Numbered from the stretch's first letter, positions 48,615 through 58,270 are shown. The stretch is 64,000 nucleotides of DNA from Alphaproteobacteria bacterium (GCA_965228895.1 OZ245842.1:416001-480000); one strand, 5' to 3'. The notes: generated from the letters alone by a model not told the origin. Numbers and translations are program-made.

Positions 48615-48625
48615 TGGTGCAATCC

Positions 48626-49213
48626 TCATTGTTTCGTCGATTCACTGGGAGACCCGGCACGCATGTAGGTAACGATCGTCCAAATCTCGTCTGTGGTAAG
48701 ACCGTATTTGAACGCGGGCATGTCTGTTCCGAGCGCCTCACCACCACTAGAAATTGACCACAAGAGATACTCGTCAACAGCCATTGGCATTTGGATCATG
48801 TAGGCGAGCAGGGCCGGAGACGGGTTAAGTGAACGACCCGCTTCACCATCACCCATGCCCGATGCTCCATGACAGGAAGCGCAGTTCTCCGCATAGAGGG
48901 TGCGACCTGCATTGATCGTCATGGCATCCGGTGAAAGGGGGTTGCGGGCTTCACGATACTCAGCTGGGATGCCTTGATGCATGAAGGTCCAATGGCGCTC
49001 CATCCTCTGGTTCATGCCGGGACCCATCTGATCGGGCCCCCACATATCGCGCTGCATCCAAAAGGGGTCCCACATGTCCGAACAGCACGGGGGTGTTTGA
49101 GTGTCGGATGACTGAGCGGTGGCCTCGCTGAGATCAAATGGGGCAGCGACTGCAACAGCAAACGCAAGAACGCCGATTAAGACAAAACTAGATCTTGTTC
49201 TTCCTGCTTTCAT
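48626..49213 (-). CDS. Periplasmic monoheme cytochrome c
   Basis: Signal peptide; CASCHG; MPAF axial Met; Met-rich linker. Confidence 0.88.
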   Translation of the reverse strand: MKAGRTRSSFVLIGVLAFAVAVAAPFDLSEATAQSSDTQTPPCCSDMWDPFWMQRDMWGPDQMGPGMNQRMERHWTFMHQGIPAEYREARNPLSPDAMTINAGRTLYAENCASCHGASGMGDGEAGRSLNPSPALLAYMIQMPMAVDEYLLWSISSGGEALGTDMPAFKYGLTTDEIWTIVTYMRAGSPSESTKQ

Positions 49214-49233
49214 GGCCTCACTCCCGTAGTCGT

Positions 49234-49866
49234 CTACTCCGCCGGAACTTCATTGGCATGGCGCAACTCAAAGCGCGCATGGCGGACGATCTGGACGGAA
49301 GACCACAGGAACAAGCTCGCCATGATGCCGGCAACTGTCAGATCCGGCCACGCGGTATTGGTTACCCACACGCCACTTGCCGCAAGAACGACGGCCACGT
49401 TGCCGATGGCGTCATTGCGACTGCAAAGCCAGACGGAGCGAACATTAGAGTCGCCGTTCCGAAACTTGAGTAAGAGCAGGACACTGGTGAGATTGGCCGC
49501 TAATGCCAGGAATCCAACAACACCCATCACCTCTGCCTTCGGAAGGTCGAGAACAGCAACGTGATAGATCGTTGAACCCAACACCCACAGGCCCATTGCG
49601 CCAAGGGTTAGTCCCTTGAAGAGCGCAGCGCGGGCACGCCACACAAGCGGCATGCCAATGACAAACAGCGTAATTGCATAGGTCGCGGTGTCGCCCAGGA
49701 AGTCGAGTGCATCGGCCTTGAGGGCCTGCGAACCCGCGAAGACGCCCGCAGCAATCTCGGCCGCAAACATCGTCCCGTTAATGGCGATGACCACCCAGAG
49801 CACACGTTTGTACGACGCTGAGAGGCCGTCAAAACCCAATTCTTCACCGCAGCCGCAACCGGCCAT
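49234..49866 (-). CDS. Cation diffusion facilitator-like Co/Zn/Cd/Pb transporter (membrane domain only)
   Basis: SQALKADALDFLGD, SVWLCSRNDAIGN, WPD; N-terminal CGC. Confidence 0.88.
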   Translation of the reverse strand: MAGCGCGEELGFDGLSASYKRVLWVVIAINGTMFAAEIAAGVFAGSQALKADALDFLGDTATYAITLFVIGMPLVWRARAALFKGLTLGAMGLWVLGSTIYHVAVLDLPKAEVMGVVGFLALAANLTSVLLLLKFRNGDSNVRSVWLCSRNDAIGNVAVVLAASGVWVTNTAWPDLTVAGIMASLFLWSSVQIVRHARFELRHANEVPAE

Positions 49867-49917
49867 ACTGCCAGAATCCTTCTTGCCGTTTCGGAACCTT
49901 GTGTATCCGTCGTCAGC

Positions 49918-49948
49918 AATCTACGATCTATAGTAACTAGAGATTCAA
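49918..49948 (-). promoter_or_regulatory. MerR-type (PbrR/CadR-like) promoter/operator
   Basis: Minus strand TTGAAT-CTCTAGTTACTATAGATCG (19 bp)-TAGATT, with a dyad inside the 19-bp spacer. Confidence 0.85.
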
Positions 49949-49959
49949 GGCATAATTCG

Positions 49960-50412
49960 ATGGCAGCGACAGAGTTCACAATCGGCCACCTCGCCAGAGA
50001 AACTGGCTGTAAGGTCGCCACAATCCGTTACTACGAACAGATCGGTCTCATGCCAGCGCCCGGACGTTCGCCTGGCAATACACGGCTCTACGGCTCCGCT
50101 CACCTGGCCCGGCTCAACTTCGTTCAACACTGTCGGGATCTCGGGTTTTCGCAGGCCGTTATTCGAGAGCTCTTGGAGCTAACGGAACATCCAGACAGGT
50201 CCTGCGAGGCCGTCACCGAGATCGCTCAGACGCATCTCAACTCCGTGAACCAACGTATTGCCCGACTCGCGGCACTGAAAGGCGAACTTGAGCGCATGAT
50301 CAAGGCCTGCCGTGGAGGGCGAGTGGAGCATTGCCAGATCGTCGAGGCCCTGGCGGATAACTCACCGCTACGCGATCCTGCAGAAAATCAAGGAACGTCT
50401 CAGGCACACTGA
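49960..50412 (+). CDS. MerR-family divalent-metal regulator (CadR/PbrR/ZntR-like)
   Basis: TIGHLA...TIRYYEQIGL; three Cys (RSCEAV; ACRGGRVEHC). Confidence 0.92.
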   Translation: MAATEFTIGHLARETGCKVATIRYYEQIGLMPAPGRSPGNTRLYGSAHLARLNFVQHCRDLGFSQAVIRELLELTEHPDRSCEAVTEIAQTHLNSVNQRIARLAALKGELERMIKACRGGRVEHCQIVEALADNSPLRDPAENQGTSQAH

Positions 50413-50539
50413 GTCGGCTCACGGCCAAAAGCGAACATCTACGGAGCTAGGAACGACGTCGGCGTCAACGCTCAAAGCGGAAATCTCAGCGGTCGGATTT
50501 ACGACGACGCATTGTGAAAGAACACCGTAGCAATCCTGT

Positions 50540-50567
50540 GTTTCCCATAATGCAGATCACGCGACCA
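50540..50567. other. dif-like recombination site 4 (right arm degenerate)
   Basis: GTTTCCCATAA-TGCAGA-TCACGCGACCA; same spacer and orientation as sites 1-3. Confidence 0.58.
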
Positions 50568-50679
50568 GATCGCACGTTTGATCCGTAGCGAAACCCACGT
50601 CCAGATGGCGAGCCGTCCAATCTTCCGTTGCTGATCGAATGTGGTTGAATCTTGATTACGCATGATTCACTTACATACC

Positions 50680-50807
50680 TAGAGCATTTTCCGATTAAGT
50701 TGCATCACCGTCCCGCTCCCCCACCCGGCCACCCATGGCAGCATCCTCGGGGTGGCCGGGTGGGGGAGCGGGCTGGCGCCGATTCCGTGCGAACGGAAAA
50801 TGCCCTA
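50680..50807. repeat. Nested palindromic element (MITE/REP-like)
   Basis: Outer IR TAGAGCATTTTCCG / CGGAAAATGCCCTA (1 mismatch); inner perfect 23-bp IR at 50712-50734 / 50750-50772. Confidence 0.8.
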
Positions 50808-51043
50808 CTCGGCTAGTGCGAATGCATCGGCTGATCGACTTATCAATTGCCGAGAACTCCGCCGCTCAAAGCGCCGATCCAACGTGAAGCCATCTCGACC
50901 GCACCCGACGCCGGAACGGAACGCCAACTGTCAAACGTCAAACATACACGCCAGCCATCGCTTGCCTCTCGACCTGATCGCGCGACACGTGTCTTGCAGT
51001 TACATCATTCAGGCCGAATGAGTCTCGTTTTCGTCACCACATC

Positions 51044-51238
51044 TCATTCCACCACCGGATAGCCCGCCTTTTCGATGATGGCGGCGAGCTGAGTATGGCT
51101 TGCGCTACTTTCGACGGTGACGGTGCCGGTTGTCAGGTCGGCATCGACCCGTGCCTGCGGGTCGATGCTTTGGACAGCCTTGGTCACAGTGCTCACGCAG
51201 TGGCCGCAGCTCATCTCCTCAACTTTGAACGTCTGCAT
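51044..51238 (-). CDS. copZ: Copper chaperone (HMA domain)
   Basis: MSCGHC; 64 aa; GAGG RBS. Confidence 0.92.
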   Translation of the reverse strand: MQTFKVEEMSCGHCVSTVTKAVQSIDPQARVDADLTTGTVTVESSASHTQLAAIIEKAGYPVVE

Positions 51239-51274
51239 CGCTTGTTTCCTCATTTGGTGGACCAAGATGAATCC

Positions 51275-51305
51275 AGTCTGCGACCTGCCTTCGCTGGAAG
51301 GTCAA
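51275..51305 (-). promoter_or_regulatory. CueR-type promoter for copZ
   Basis: TTGACC-TTCCAGCGAAGGCAGGTCG (19 bp)-CAGACT; dyad ACCTTCC...GGCAGGT. Confidence 0.8.
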
Positions 51306-51355
51306 TCCCTTTTCGAACGGTAGCGCAACAATCACACGTTCGTGCTGGTAAGGCC

Positions 51356-51386
51356 TTGACCTTCCCGTAAGGGAAAGCACCACTTT
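51356..51386 (+). promoter_or_regulatory. CueR-type promoter upstream of cueR
   Basis: TTGACC-TTCCCGTAAGGGAAAGCAC (19 bp)-CACTTT. Confidence 0.78.
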
Positions 51387-51421
51387 TTGAGCAAGTGAGT
51401 TTTGATCCTGGGTGGTGATTG

Positions 51422-51853
51422 ATGCAGAGCGGACGATTTTCTATTGGCGAAGCAGCGCGGGCTGCAGGTGTGTCGGCCAAGATGGCACGTCACTACGAAA
51501 CGATAGGTCTGGTACCGCGGGCTGAGAGAACGGCTGGTGGTCTGCGCCTATTCAGTCCGGCCGCAGTTCACACGCTGCGTTTCATTGGCCGTGCGCGGTC
51601 GCTCGGTTTTCCCCTGGCAACCGTGCGCAAACTGCTGTCGCTGTGGCAGGATCCGAACCGCAGCAACACGGACACTCTTAGGCTTGCCAATCAGCACATG
51701 CAGGAACTCCTCGCTAAGGGCGTAGCTCTTTCCAGTATGGAGAAAGCATTGCAGGAGCTGATTGATGCCTGCGCGGGTGACGGGCGTCCTGAATGCCCGA
51801 TTCTGGACGACCTAGCCAGTGAGAGCCGGATGCCGAGGGACAGGACAAGCTAG
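51422..51853 (+). CDS. cueR: Cu(I)-responsive MerR regulator
   Basis: SIGEAARAAGVSAKM...LWQDPNRS...CAGDGRPECPILDDL. Confidence 0.93.
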   Translation: MQSGRFSIGEAARAAGVSAKMARHYETIGLVPRAERTAGGLRLFSPAAVHTLRFIGRARSLGFPLATVRKLLSLWQDPNRSNTDTLRLANQHMQELLAKGVALSSMEKALQELIDACAGDGRPECPILDDLASESRMPRDRTS

Positions 51854-51983
51854 GCACGGCGGGTCTGGATCTGCTCATACAAACTTTGCTCTTGCGCTGC
51901 CCTGTGGAAGGTCTGTCAGACGACAAAACGGCTGCCCGGATAGGAGCGGTCGGTATTTTGTCAACTCAACAAGGAGATCTGTC

Positions 51984-52382
51984 ATGGATCATGGCCTGCA
52001 AGTGCTCCAAAACCACGTGCACAGACCAAGTCAAAGCATCGAAGACTGTCTGAAAGCTTGCCTCGACTGCCTGCTGGCCTGCGCCGCTTGTACGGACGCC
52101 TGTCTGTCGGAATCCGATGCCTCGAGGCTTTCCGACTGTATCAGGTTGGATGTTGCCTGTGCCGCCGCCTGCACGGCAGCCATACCTATGCTGGTCGGCA
52201 GCGGGTCGGCCGCACTCGCAAACGTCGCAAAAGCGCAGTTGGCGGCTTGCTCGGCGGCGTGTCTGGCTTGTGAGGCGGAGTGCCGCAAACACGCCGACCA
52301 TCACAGTCATTGTGCACATTGCGCTGAGGCGTGTCAGGCATGCTATCTAGCGTGTGAGGCGGCGATCAAGACACTCAACTAG
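51984..52382 (+). CDS. Four-helix-bundle copper storage protein (Csp3/DUF326-like, cytosolic)
   Basis: 18 Cys in CxxxC/CxxC repeats, HADHHSHC cluster, no signal peptide; AGGAG RBS. Confidence 0.9.
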   Translation: MDHGLQVLQNHVHRPSQSIEDCLKACLDCLLACAACTDACLSESDASRLSDCIRLDVACAAACTAAIPMLVGSGSAALANVAKAQLAACSAACLACEAECRKHADHHSHCAHCAEACQACYLACEAAIKTLN

Positions 52383-52395
52383 CAAGAAGAGTGTT

Positions 52396-52424
52396 GGGGT
52401 CGGCGGGCGACGCCTGCCGACCCC
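52396..52424 (+). terminator. GC-rich hairpin after the csp gene
   Basis: GGGGTCGGCGGGC-GAC-GCCTGCCGACCCC; no strong U-tract. Confidence 0.45.
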
Positions 52425-52470
52425 GACGTCGGTCGGGATCACTTTTGTGAGACCGCGCCAAGTCCGACGC

Positions 52471-52501
52471 TTGACCTTCCCGTGAGTGGAAGCTCCATCT
52501 T
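52471..52501 (+). promoter_or_regulatory. CueR-type promoter for copA
   Basis: TTGACC-TTCCCGTGAGTGGAAGCTC (19 bp)-CATCTT; ACCTTCC-N7-GGAAGCT. Confidence 0.85.
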
Positions 52502-52535
52502 GGAATTCACAACGCGACAAAGATGGAGCCTCGCG

Positions 52536-55124
52536 ATGTTGAGAGAAGCGTCGTTCGGTCCGACGGGAACGCCGACTGCCACAACGGGTTCGGTCAAGGG
52601 TGAGACACTATCTCTCTCGCTCAGTATCGAGGGCATGACGTGTGCCTCGTGTGTAGCCCGCGTCGAACGAGCGATCAAAGCCGTGTCTGGCGTGACAGAT
52701 GCGTCGGTCAATCTCGCAACGGAACGCGCCGTCATAACGTTCGATCCTGAGACGCTTGATCCGGCCGCGGTATCGACTGCGATTCGCGATGCTGGATACA
52801 AGACCCGTAAGGAGACGATCATGCTGGCCGTGCGCGGCATGACTTGCGCCTCCTGTGTCGGGCGCATCGAAAAGGCATTGAACGCGGTGCCCGGTGTGCA
52901 CGCGGCACGCGTGAACCTTGCGACGGAGAGAGCGGAGATCGATGTGATCTCGCGCGCAGTCGAGGCCGGACAACTTGTCCAGGCGGTCCAAGGCGCGGGG
53001 TACGATGCCGAACCTGTTGGCGGCCTGTTGGACCACGTTGACCGGGAGCGAGAGACGCGCGAACGCGAAATCAAGACCTTGAGGCGGTGGGTGTTCCTGG
53101 CTGCGGTCCTCACCTTGCCGGTCTTCGTACTGGAGATGGGATCTCACGTCATTCCGGCCATGGATGACTGGGTCAAGGCGACGATTGGTCATCGCGAAAG
53201 CTGGCATGTGCAGTTTGTCCTGTCGACGCTTGTGCTGTTTGGGCCCGGTCTGGTGTTTTTCCGAAAGGGGATTCCGGCGCTTTTGCGCTGGGCGCCCGAC
53301 ATGAACGCTCTCGTTGCGCTCGGTACCGGCGCTGCCTGGTCCTATTCGGTCGTCGCGACATTTGTCCCCAATCTGTTGCCGGAAGGGGCCCATCATGTCT
53401 ACTACGAGGCGGCGACAGTCATTGTCACGCTGATCCTGGTGGGACGGTACCTGGAGGCACTGGCCAAGGGTCGGACGAGCGAAGCGATCCGCCACTTGAT
53501 GAGCATGCAAGCCAAGACAGCACGTGTGCTTCGTGATGGCCGGGAGATCGAGATCGACGCAGACCAGGTGATAGTGGGCGATCTTGTCCAAGTGCGCCCG
53601 GGCGAGCGCGTGCCCGTGGATGGCATGGTGGCGGGTGGACGTTCTTACGTGGACGAGTCAATGATTACCGGAGAACCGATCCCGGTTCTCAAGGAAGACG
53701 GTGCGGAGGTCGTGGGCGGCACCGTCAACAAGACAGGCGCATTCACTTTTCACGCCACCAAGATCGGCTCCGAAACGGTTCTGGCGCAAATCATACGCAT
53801 GGTCGAACAGGCGCAGGGATCGAAGTTGCCGATCCAGGCATTGGTCGATCGTGTCACCGGGGTATTCGTGCCGATCGTTATCGCCGTTGCGTTGGCCACC
53901 TTCGCCATCTGGTTCTTCCTCGGCCCTGAGCCAGCCCTGACCTTCGCGCTGGTCAACGCCGTTGCCGTGCTGATTATTGCCTGTCCGTGTGCCATGGGGC
54001 TCGCTACACCAACGTCGATCATGGTTGGCATGGGTCGCGCGGCAGAGATGGGGGTGCTGTTTCGTAAGGGAGAAGCTCTCCAAACCCTGCGCAACGTCGA
54101 AGTCATAGCATTCGACAAGACCGGCACCTTGACCCAAGGCAGACCTGAGTTAACAGATTTCGTTGTATCGACAGGTTTCGATGAAAGCGACGTCCTGCGT
54201 CTCGTAGCGTCGGTCGAGCACAGGTCTGAGCATCCGGTGGCCGAGGCAATCGTCGCGGCAGCAAGAGAGCGTGGTCTATCGCTATCCGACGCGCGAGACT
54301 TCGAAGCCGAGCCGGGGTTCGGCGTCGTTGCGATCGTCGATGGGACCCGCGTCGAGGTTGGCGCGGACCGCTACATGCAAAAACTGGGTCATAGCGTCGC
54401 GCCGTTCGAAGACGCGGCGAATCGCCTGGGCGACGATGCGAAGACGCCGCTCTACGCGGCCGTGGATGGAAAGCTCGCCGCAATTATCGCTGTCGCAGAC
54501 CCGATCAAGGAGGCAACATCGGTTGCCATTGCGGCGCTGCACGCCGAGGGGCTGCAGGTCGCGATGATCACCGGCGATAATCGACGTACGGCGGATGCAA
54601 TAGCGAAGATGCTCGGTATCGACGAGGTGTCTGCCGAGGTGCTGCCCGGCGGCAAGGTCGATTCGCTCAAAAACCTGCAACGCGGTGGGCGCAAGGTAGC
54701 CTTCGTCGGCGATGGTATCAATGATGCGCCGGCTCTGGCTCAGGCTGATGTGGGTATCGCCATCGGTACGGGGACGGACATTGCGATCGAATCTGCTGAC
54801 GTGGTGTTAATGTCGGGAGATCTGAGAAACGTTCCGAACGCTATCGCACTCAGCCGCGCGACGATGCGCAACATCAAGCAGAATCTGTTCTGGGCTTTTG
54901 CCTACAACGCCTGCCTCATTCCGGTGGCGGCGGGTGCGCTCTATCCGGCCTTTGGTCTGTTGCTGTCGCCGATTCTCGCAGCTGCAGCGATGGCCGCATC
55001 CAGCGTTTGTGTCCTGACCAATGCGCTGAGACTGAAACGTTTCCGAGCTCCGATTTCGCACAGCGGGGCGGTAAGGAACGACGCTGTGCTTGGTGCCGAC
55101 GGAGAACTTGCACGAGCGGCATAG
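52536..55124 (+). CDS. copA: Cu(I)-translocating P1B-type ATPase
   Basis: Two GMTCASC domains, TGE, CPC, DKTGT, SEHP, GDGIND, YN, MAASS. Confidence 0.96.
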   Translation: MLREASFGPTGTPTATTGSVKGETLSLSLSIEGMTCASCVARVERAIKAVSGVTDASVNLATERAVITFDPETLDPAAVSTAIRDAGYKTRKETIMLAVRGMTCASCVGRIEKALNAVPGVHAARVNLATERAEIDVISRAVEAGQLVQAVQGAGYDAEPVGGLLDHVDRERETREREIKTLRRWVFLAAVLTLPVFVLEMGSHVIPAMDDWVKATIGHRESWHVQFVLSTLVLFGPGLVFFRKGIPALLRWAPDMNALVALGTGAAWSYSVVATFVPNLLPEGAHHVYYEAATVIVTLILVGRYLEALAKGRTSEAIRHLMSMQAKTARVLRDGREIEIDADQVIVGDLVQVRPGERVPVDGMVAGGRSYVDESMITGEPIPVLKEDGAEVVGGTVNKTGAFTFHATKIGSETVLAQIIRMVEQAQGSKLPIQALVDRVTGVFVPIVIAVALATFAIWFFLGPEPALTFALVNAVAVLIIACPCAMGLATPTSIMVGMGRAAEMGVLFRKGEALQTLRNVEVIAFDKTGTLTQGRPELTDFVVSTGFDESDVLRLVASVEHRSEHPVAEAIVAAARERGLSLSDARDFEAEPGFGVVAIVDGTRVEVGADRYMQKLGHSVAPFEDAANRLGDDAKTPLYAAVDGKLAAIIAVADPIKEATSVAIAALHAEGLQVAMITGDNRRTADAIAKMLGIDEVSAEVLPGGKVDSLKNLQRGGRKVAFVGDGINDAPALAQADVGIAIGTGTDIAIESADVVLMSGDLRNVPNAIALSRATMRNIKQNLFWAFAYNACLIPVAAGALYPAFGLLLSPILAAAAMAASSVCVLTNALRLKRFRAPISHSGAVRNDAVLGADGELARAA

Positions 55125-55315
55125 GGGCGACAGCAGTTGCCTACCTACGGATAGCCCAAGTGTCAGGAAAAAGAGATACCCATAGTCTCGTCTTTGAGTC
55201 TTGGCCAAGTTGTACGTCGACTGTCGGTACAGCAACGGATCCTTGAACCAACCCCAGTTGCGACCGTGCGCAGATTCTAGCAGCGTTTTCGATTGCGCCG
55301 AAGCGTTGCGTCGAT

Positions 55316-56209
55316 CTAGGTGCTTGATCGACCCGAATCTCGTGCGCGATACGTGACCAACCAGACACCAAACACCGTTAGCATGATGCCGAGAATCTGC
55401 ACCCAACCCAGTGTCTCTCCGTAGAACATGATGCCCATCGTTAGGCCGAAAACTGGAATGAGAAAGCTAAACGCATTTGCCCAGTTGAGCGGCGTCGTCT
55501 CCAGGACGGAGAACCAAAGCCAATAGACGAGTGCTGTTCCGGGAAGTGCAAGGGCGATAAGGGCCCAGACGAACGTGAACGACCACCGGATGGACCCAGG
55601 TTCCTCCATGATCGCAGCGGCAAGCATGAGTGGGATGCCGCCGATCAACATCTGAAATCCCATGGTCATGAGACCATCGACGTTACCTGCCAGTCGCTTA
55701 ATCAAGACGTTGCTTGCCGTGATCCCCAGTGCGGCCAGCGTGATGTAAGCGACGCCGAGCAGATAGTCGGACTGATTGGCTGAGAAGAGTTCGGGTGACG
55801 TAATGACCAATATTCCACCGAATCCGAAAGCCATTCCAATCTTGCCACGTGCAGCAAGACGTTCGTCAAGGACCGCCACAGCGAGCGCAGCAGCCAGAAG
55901 TGGTTGAGTATTGGCGATCACTGTGGCCATGCCCGGAGAAATGAACTCCGCAGCATGGAACATGCCAAGAAAGCCCAAGCTTGTCGCACCAACACCAATG
56001 GCTGACACGATGGCCCAAGTTCGCGCTCCCCTGGGTAGAGGACGGCGATACGCAAAAGCCAGAATTGTTAGCGTCAGGCCCGCCAGAATTGCGCGCAAGG
56101 CGGCGAACGAGAGGTGAGGCGCCTCCTCGATACCGATACTGATAAGCGGAAAGCAGACCGCCCATAGCAGCATCACCAGAACAATCTTCGCAATTTTGGC
56201 CACAGTCAC
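55316..56209 (-). CDS. DMT/EamA-family transporter
   Basis: About 10 hydrophobic helices in two repeats (LLWAVCF...ANTQPL...LDERL; ...LIPVFG...GETL). Confidence 0.88.
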   Translation of the reverse strand: MTVAKIAKIVLVMLLWAVCFPLISIGIEEAPHLSFAALRAILAGLTLTILAFAYRRPLPRGARTWAIVSAIGVGATSLGFLGMFHAAEFISPGMATVIANTQPLLAAALAVAVLDERLAARGKIGMAFGFGGILVITSPELFSANQSDYLLGVAYITLAALGITASNVLIKRLAGNVDGLMTMGFQMLIGGIPLMLAAAIMEEPGSIRWSFTFVWALIALALPGTALVYWLWFSVLETTPLNWANAFSFLIPVFGLTMGIMFYGETLGWVQILGIMLTVFGVWLVTYRARDSGRSST

Positions 56210-56366
56210 TGGCGCTGTACCTCGTTCATCTGGAGCAAAACTCGAGTTTGGCGCGAGACCGGCATCGATTTCGGCAAGTCTTCGACACGTAGGGTAAAAA
56301 CAATAGTAACGCGTCGCTGTTCAGACCGTCATATGTAAGTTGTTTGGTTATCGAGGCGCCATCACC

Positions 56367-57080
56367 ATGATACCCGAAGCCTATGTTTGGCTGGTCTGGT
56401 CAAGTGTCTTCCTAGTGCCTTGGCTCTTGCTCTACATTGCATTTCCGGTCCACAGAAAGCCCATGATTTGGGCCAGTCTGTTCACCGCGCCGTTCGGCCT
56501 TACCGAGCCGTTGTTCGTACCGTCGTACTGGAATCCGCCTAGCTTGTTTGACCTGGCACGCCGAACTGGGTTCGATATCGAAAGTCTGATCTTCTGCTTC
56601 GGCATCGGTGGAATTGCTGCCGTTCTCTACAATGTTGTCACCAGCCACAGGGCTGAACCGCAAGCCGCAACGGAACGACATCAACCGCGGCATCGCTTCC
56701 ATCTTTGGGTGCTCGCTGCGCCTTTTCTGACGTTCCCCATCCTGTATGCCTTCCCTTGGAATCCCATCTATCCGGCAATTCTCGTCATGGCGCTTGGTGC
56801 CATCGCCACGCTGCTGTGCCGGCCAGACCTCATAAGAAAGACCTGGGTCGGTGGACTTTTGTTTTTGATCTACTATGCGGTTTTCCTCGTCGGGCTCGAA
56901 TGGACGGCGCCGGGCTACATCGCTCGGGTTTGGAACCTCAAGGCCTTATCAGGACTCTACGTCATTGGATTCCCGATCGAAGAACTCCTGTTTGCGCTCA
57001 CGTTCGGAGCTTACTGGTCGAGTGTGTACGAACACTTCACATGGAAGAGATCTGAATCGTCGATACGCCATACTGGGTGA
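56367..57080 (+). CDS. Lycopene-cyclase-domain membrane protein
   Basis: Polytopic with duplicated FDIESLIF / FPIEELLF motifs. Confidence 0.7.
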   Translation: MIPEAYVWLVWSSVFLVPWLLLYIAFPVHRKPMIWASLFTAPFGLTEPLFVPSYWNPPSLFDLARRTGFDIESLIFCFGIGGIAAVLYNVVTSHRAEPQAATERHQPRHRFHLWVLAAPFLTFPILYAFPWNPIYPAILVMALGAIATLLCRPDLIRKTWVGGLLFLIYYAVFLVGLEWTAPGYIARVWNLKALSGLYVIGFPIEELLFALTFGAYWSSVYEHFTWKRSESSIRHTG

Positions 57081-57200
57081 CAGGCTTGTACTCCCAAAAG
57101 AAATGACGGGCCGGTGCGCAACACGAACCGGGCTTGCCCTAAAGAACGTGTCCCGACGCCTACGTTGTTTCGAACTTCGATCGACACAAACGCAATACGT

Positions 57201-57584
57201 TTACTTGATACCGTTCGCTGCCTGCAGCTCGCGCACGTAGAGGATCAAGGCTAAGAGCTCCTCATCACCAACATCGGGCACCGGCTTCATATCACCAAAA
57301 CTCCAGTGGTGGGCCCGCGATCCCTCCCGTGCGGCCCGAACGAAGGCAGCATCGCTGTGATGATTCGGGTTGTAGAGGGGATGGATCAGCGGTGGACCAT
57401 CGGCCGTGCCTTCCGCCAAAGCGCCATGACAGGCCGCGCAGTGACGACCAAATGCGGCCTGGCCTGTGACGGCCGTCTCCGAGAGTTCAGGCACGACGAC
57501 GTCGACAATTAAGGGCTCGGCGTGCAATTGTGTTCCATAGATAGTTACTGCGATGACCAGCAGAACCAAGCTACACGCTTTCAT
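57201..57584 (-). CDS. Small periplasmic cytochrome c
   Basis: Signal peptide; CAACHG; GPPL...HHSD...HHWSFGDM. Confidence 0.85.
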   Translation of the reverse strand: MKACSLVLLVIAVTIYGTQLHAEPLIVDVVVPELSETAVTGQAAFGRHCAACHGALAEGTADGPPLIHPLYNPNHHSDAAFVRAAREGSRAHHWSFGDMKPVPDVGDEELLALILYVRELQAANGIK

Positions 57585-57713
57585 CGCAAATCTTCGAGAA
57601 CATGACATCTTTTGTGCTCCACTCTGTCTAAGACTGTTCGTTTGACGGCACCACGGCCGGCCGATTCTCTTCCAACACGAGACCCATGATCTTCGTCTCG
57701 CCCAGCACACAGA

Positions 57714-58175
57714 CTACCCATCAGCACTGTGAACGTGCGCTTCAACATGCAGACGACTCCTGAGAAAGACGAGTTCGACGGGTATGGATTCACCTGGTGA
57801 AATGTCGCGCGTCAGGGGACCAAGTTCGATCCACAGATGCGAAGTCGTCAAGTCGAGATCATCGTTTGCTCGAACACTGATTGAATCGAAAGTCGTTGAC
57901 TGGTGATCGTCGATACGACCGACAATATGTGCGTCAGTCGCGAATGGCGTTTCAATGCCCAGCAGGTGGACGTGTTCTTGGCTGTCGTTGATGAGCCTAA
58001 GCCGCAGGACGCTATGACCACCTCGCAGCGAAGGAGTAGCCCAAACCTCCTCAATGACGATGTCGCCGTGATGATCCGGTGGTTCATCTGCCACAGCAAA
58101 ATCAGCCTTAGCAAACACGATGGAAAGTGCGGCGAGCGTGCACGGGATAACGGCGAGTCCCATTGGCTTTAACAT
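57714..58175 (-). CDS. PCu(A)C-like periplasmic copper chaperone (divergent)
   Basis: IVIEEVWA...LRLIN...LLGIETP...L...PGESIPVELVF fold pattern; canonical Met ligands not visible. Confidence 0.65.
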   Translation of the reverse strand: MLKPMGLAVIPCTLAALSIVFAKADFAVADEPPDHHGDIVIEEVWATPSLRGGHSVLRLRLINDSQEHVHLLGIETPFATDAHIVGRIDDHQSTTFDSISVRANDDLDLTTSHLWIELGPLTRDISPGESIPVELVFLRSRLHVEAHVHSADG

Positions 58176-58270
58176 GCGATCGACTCCTCTGAAGCCTTGA
58201 TCAACAGCGAGTTCATACGAATGCTTGTCTTTCGTTGTTTTCGATAGATTCTCTCCAACCGTGCCATGAG

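Noticed and set aside
11145-50567. CRISPR array or integron attC array
   Set aside because: Repeats are kilobases apart, there is no cas or intI gene, and no attC-type R/L box hairpins were recognised.
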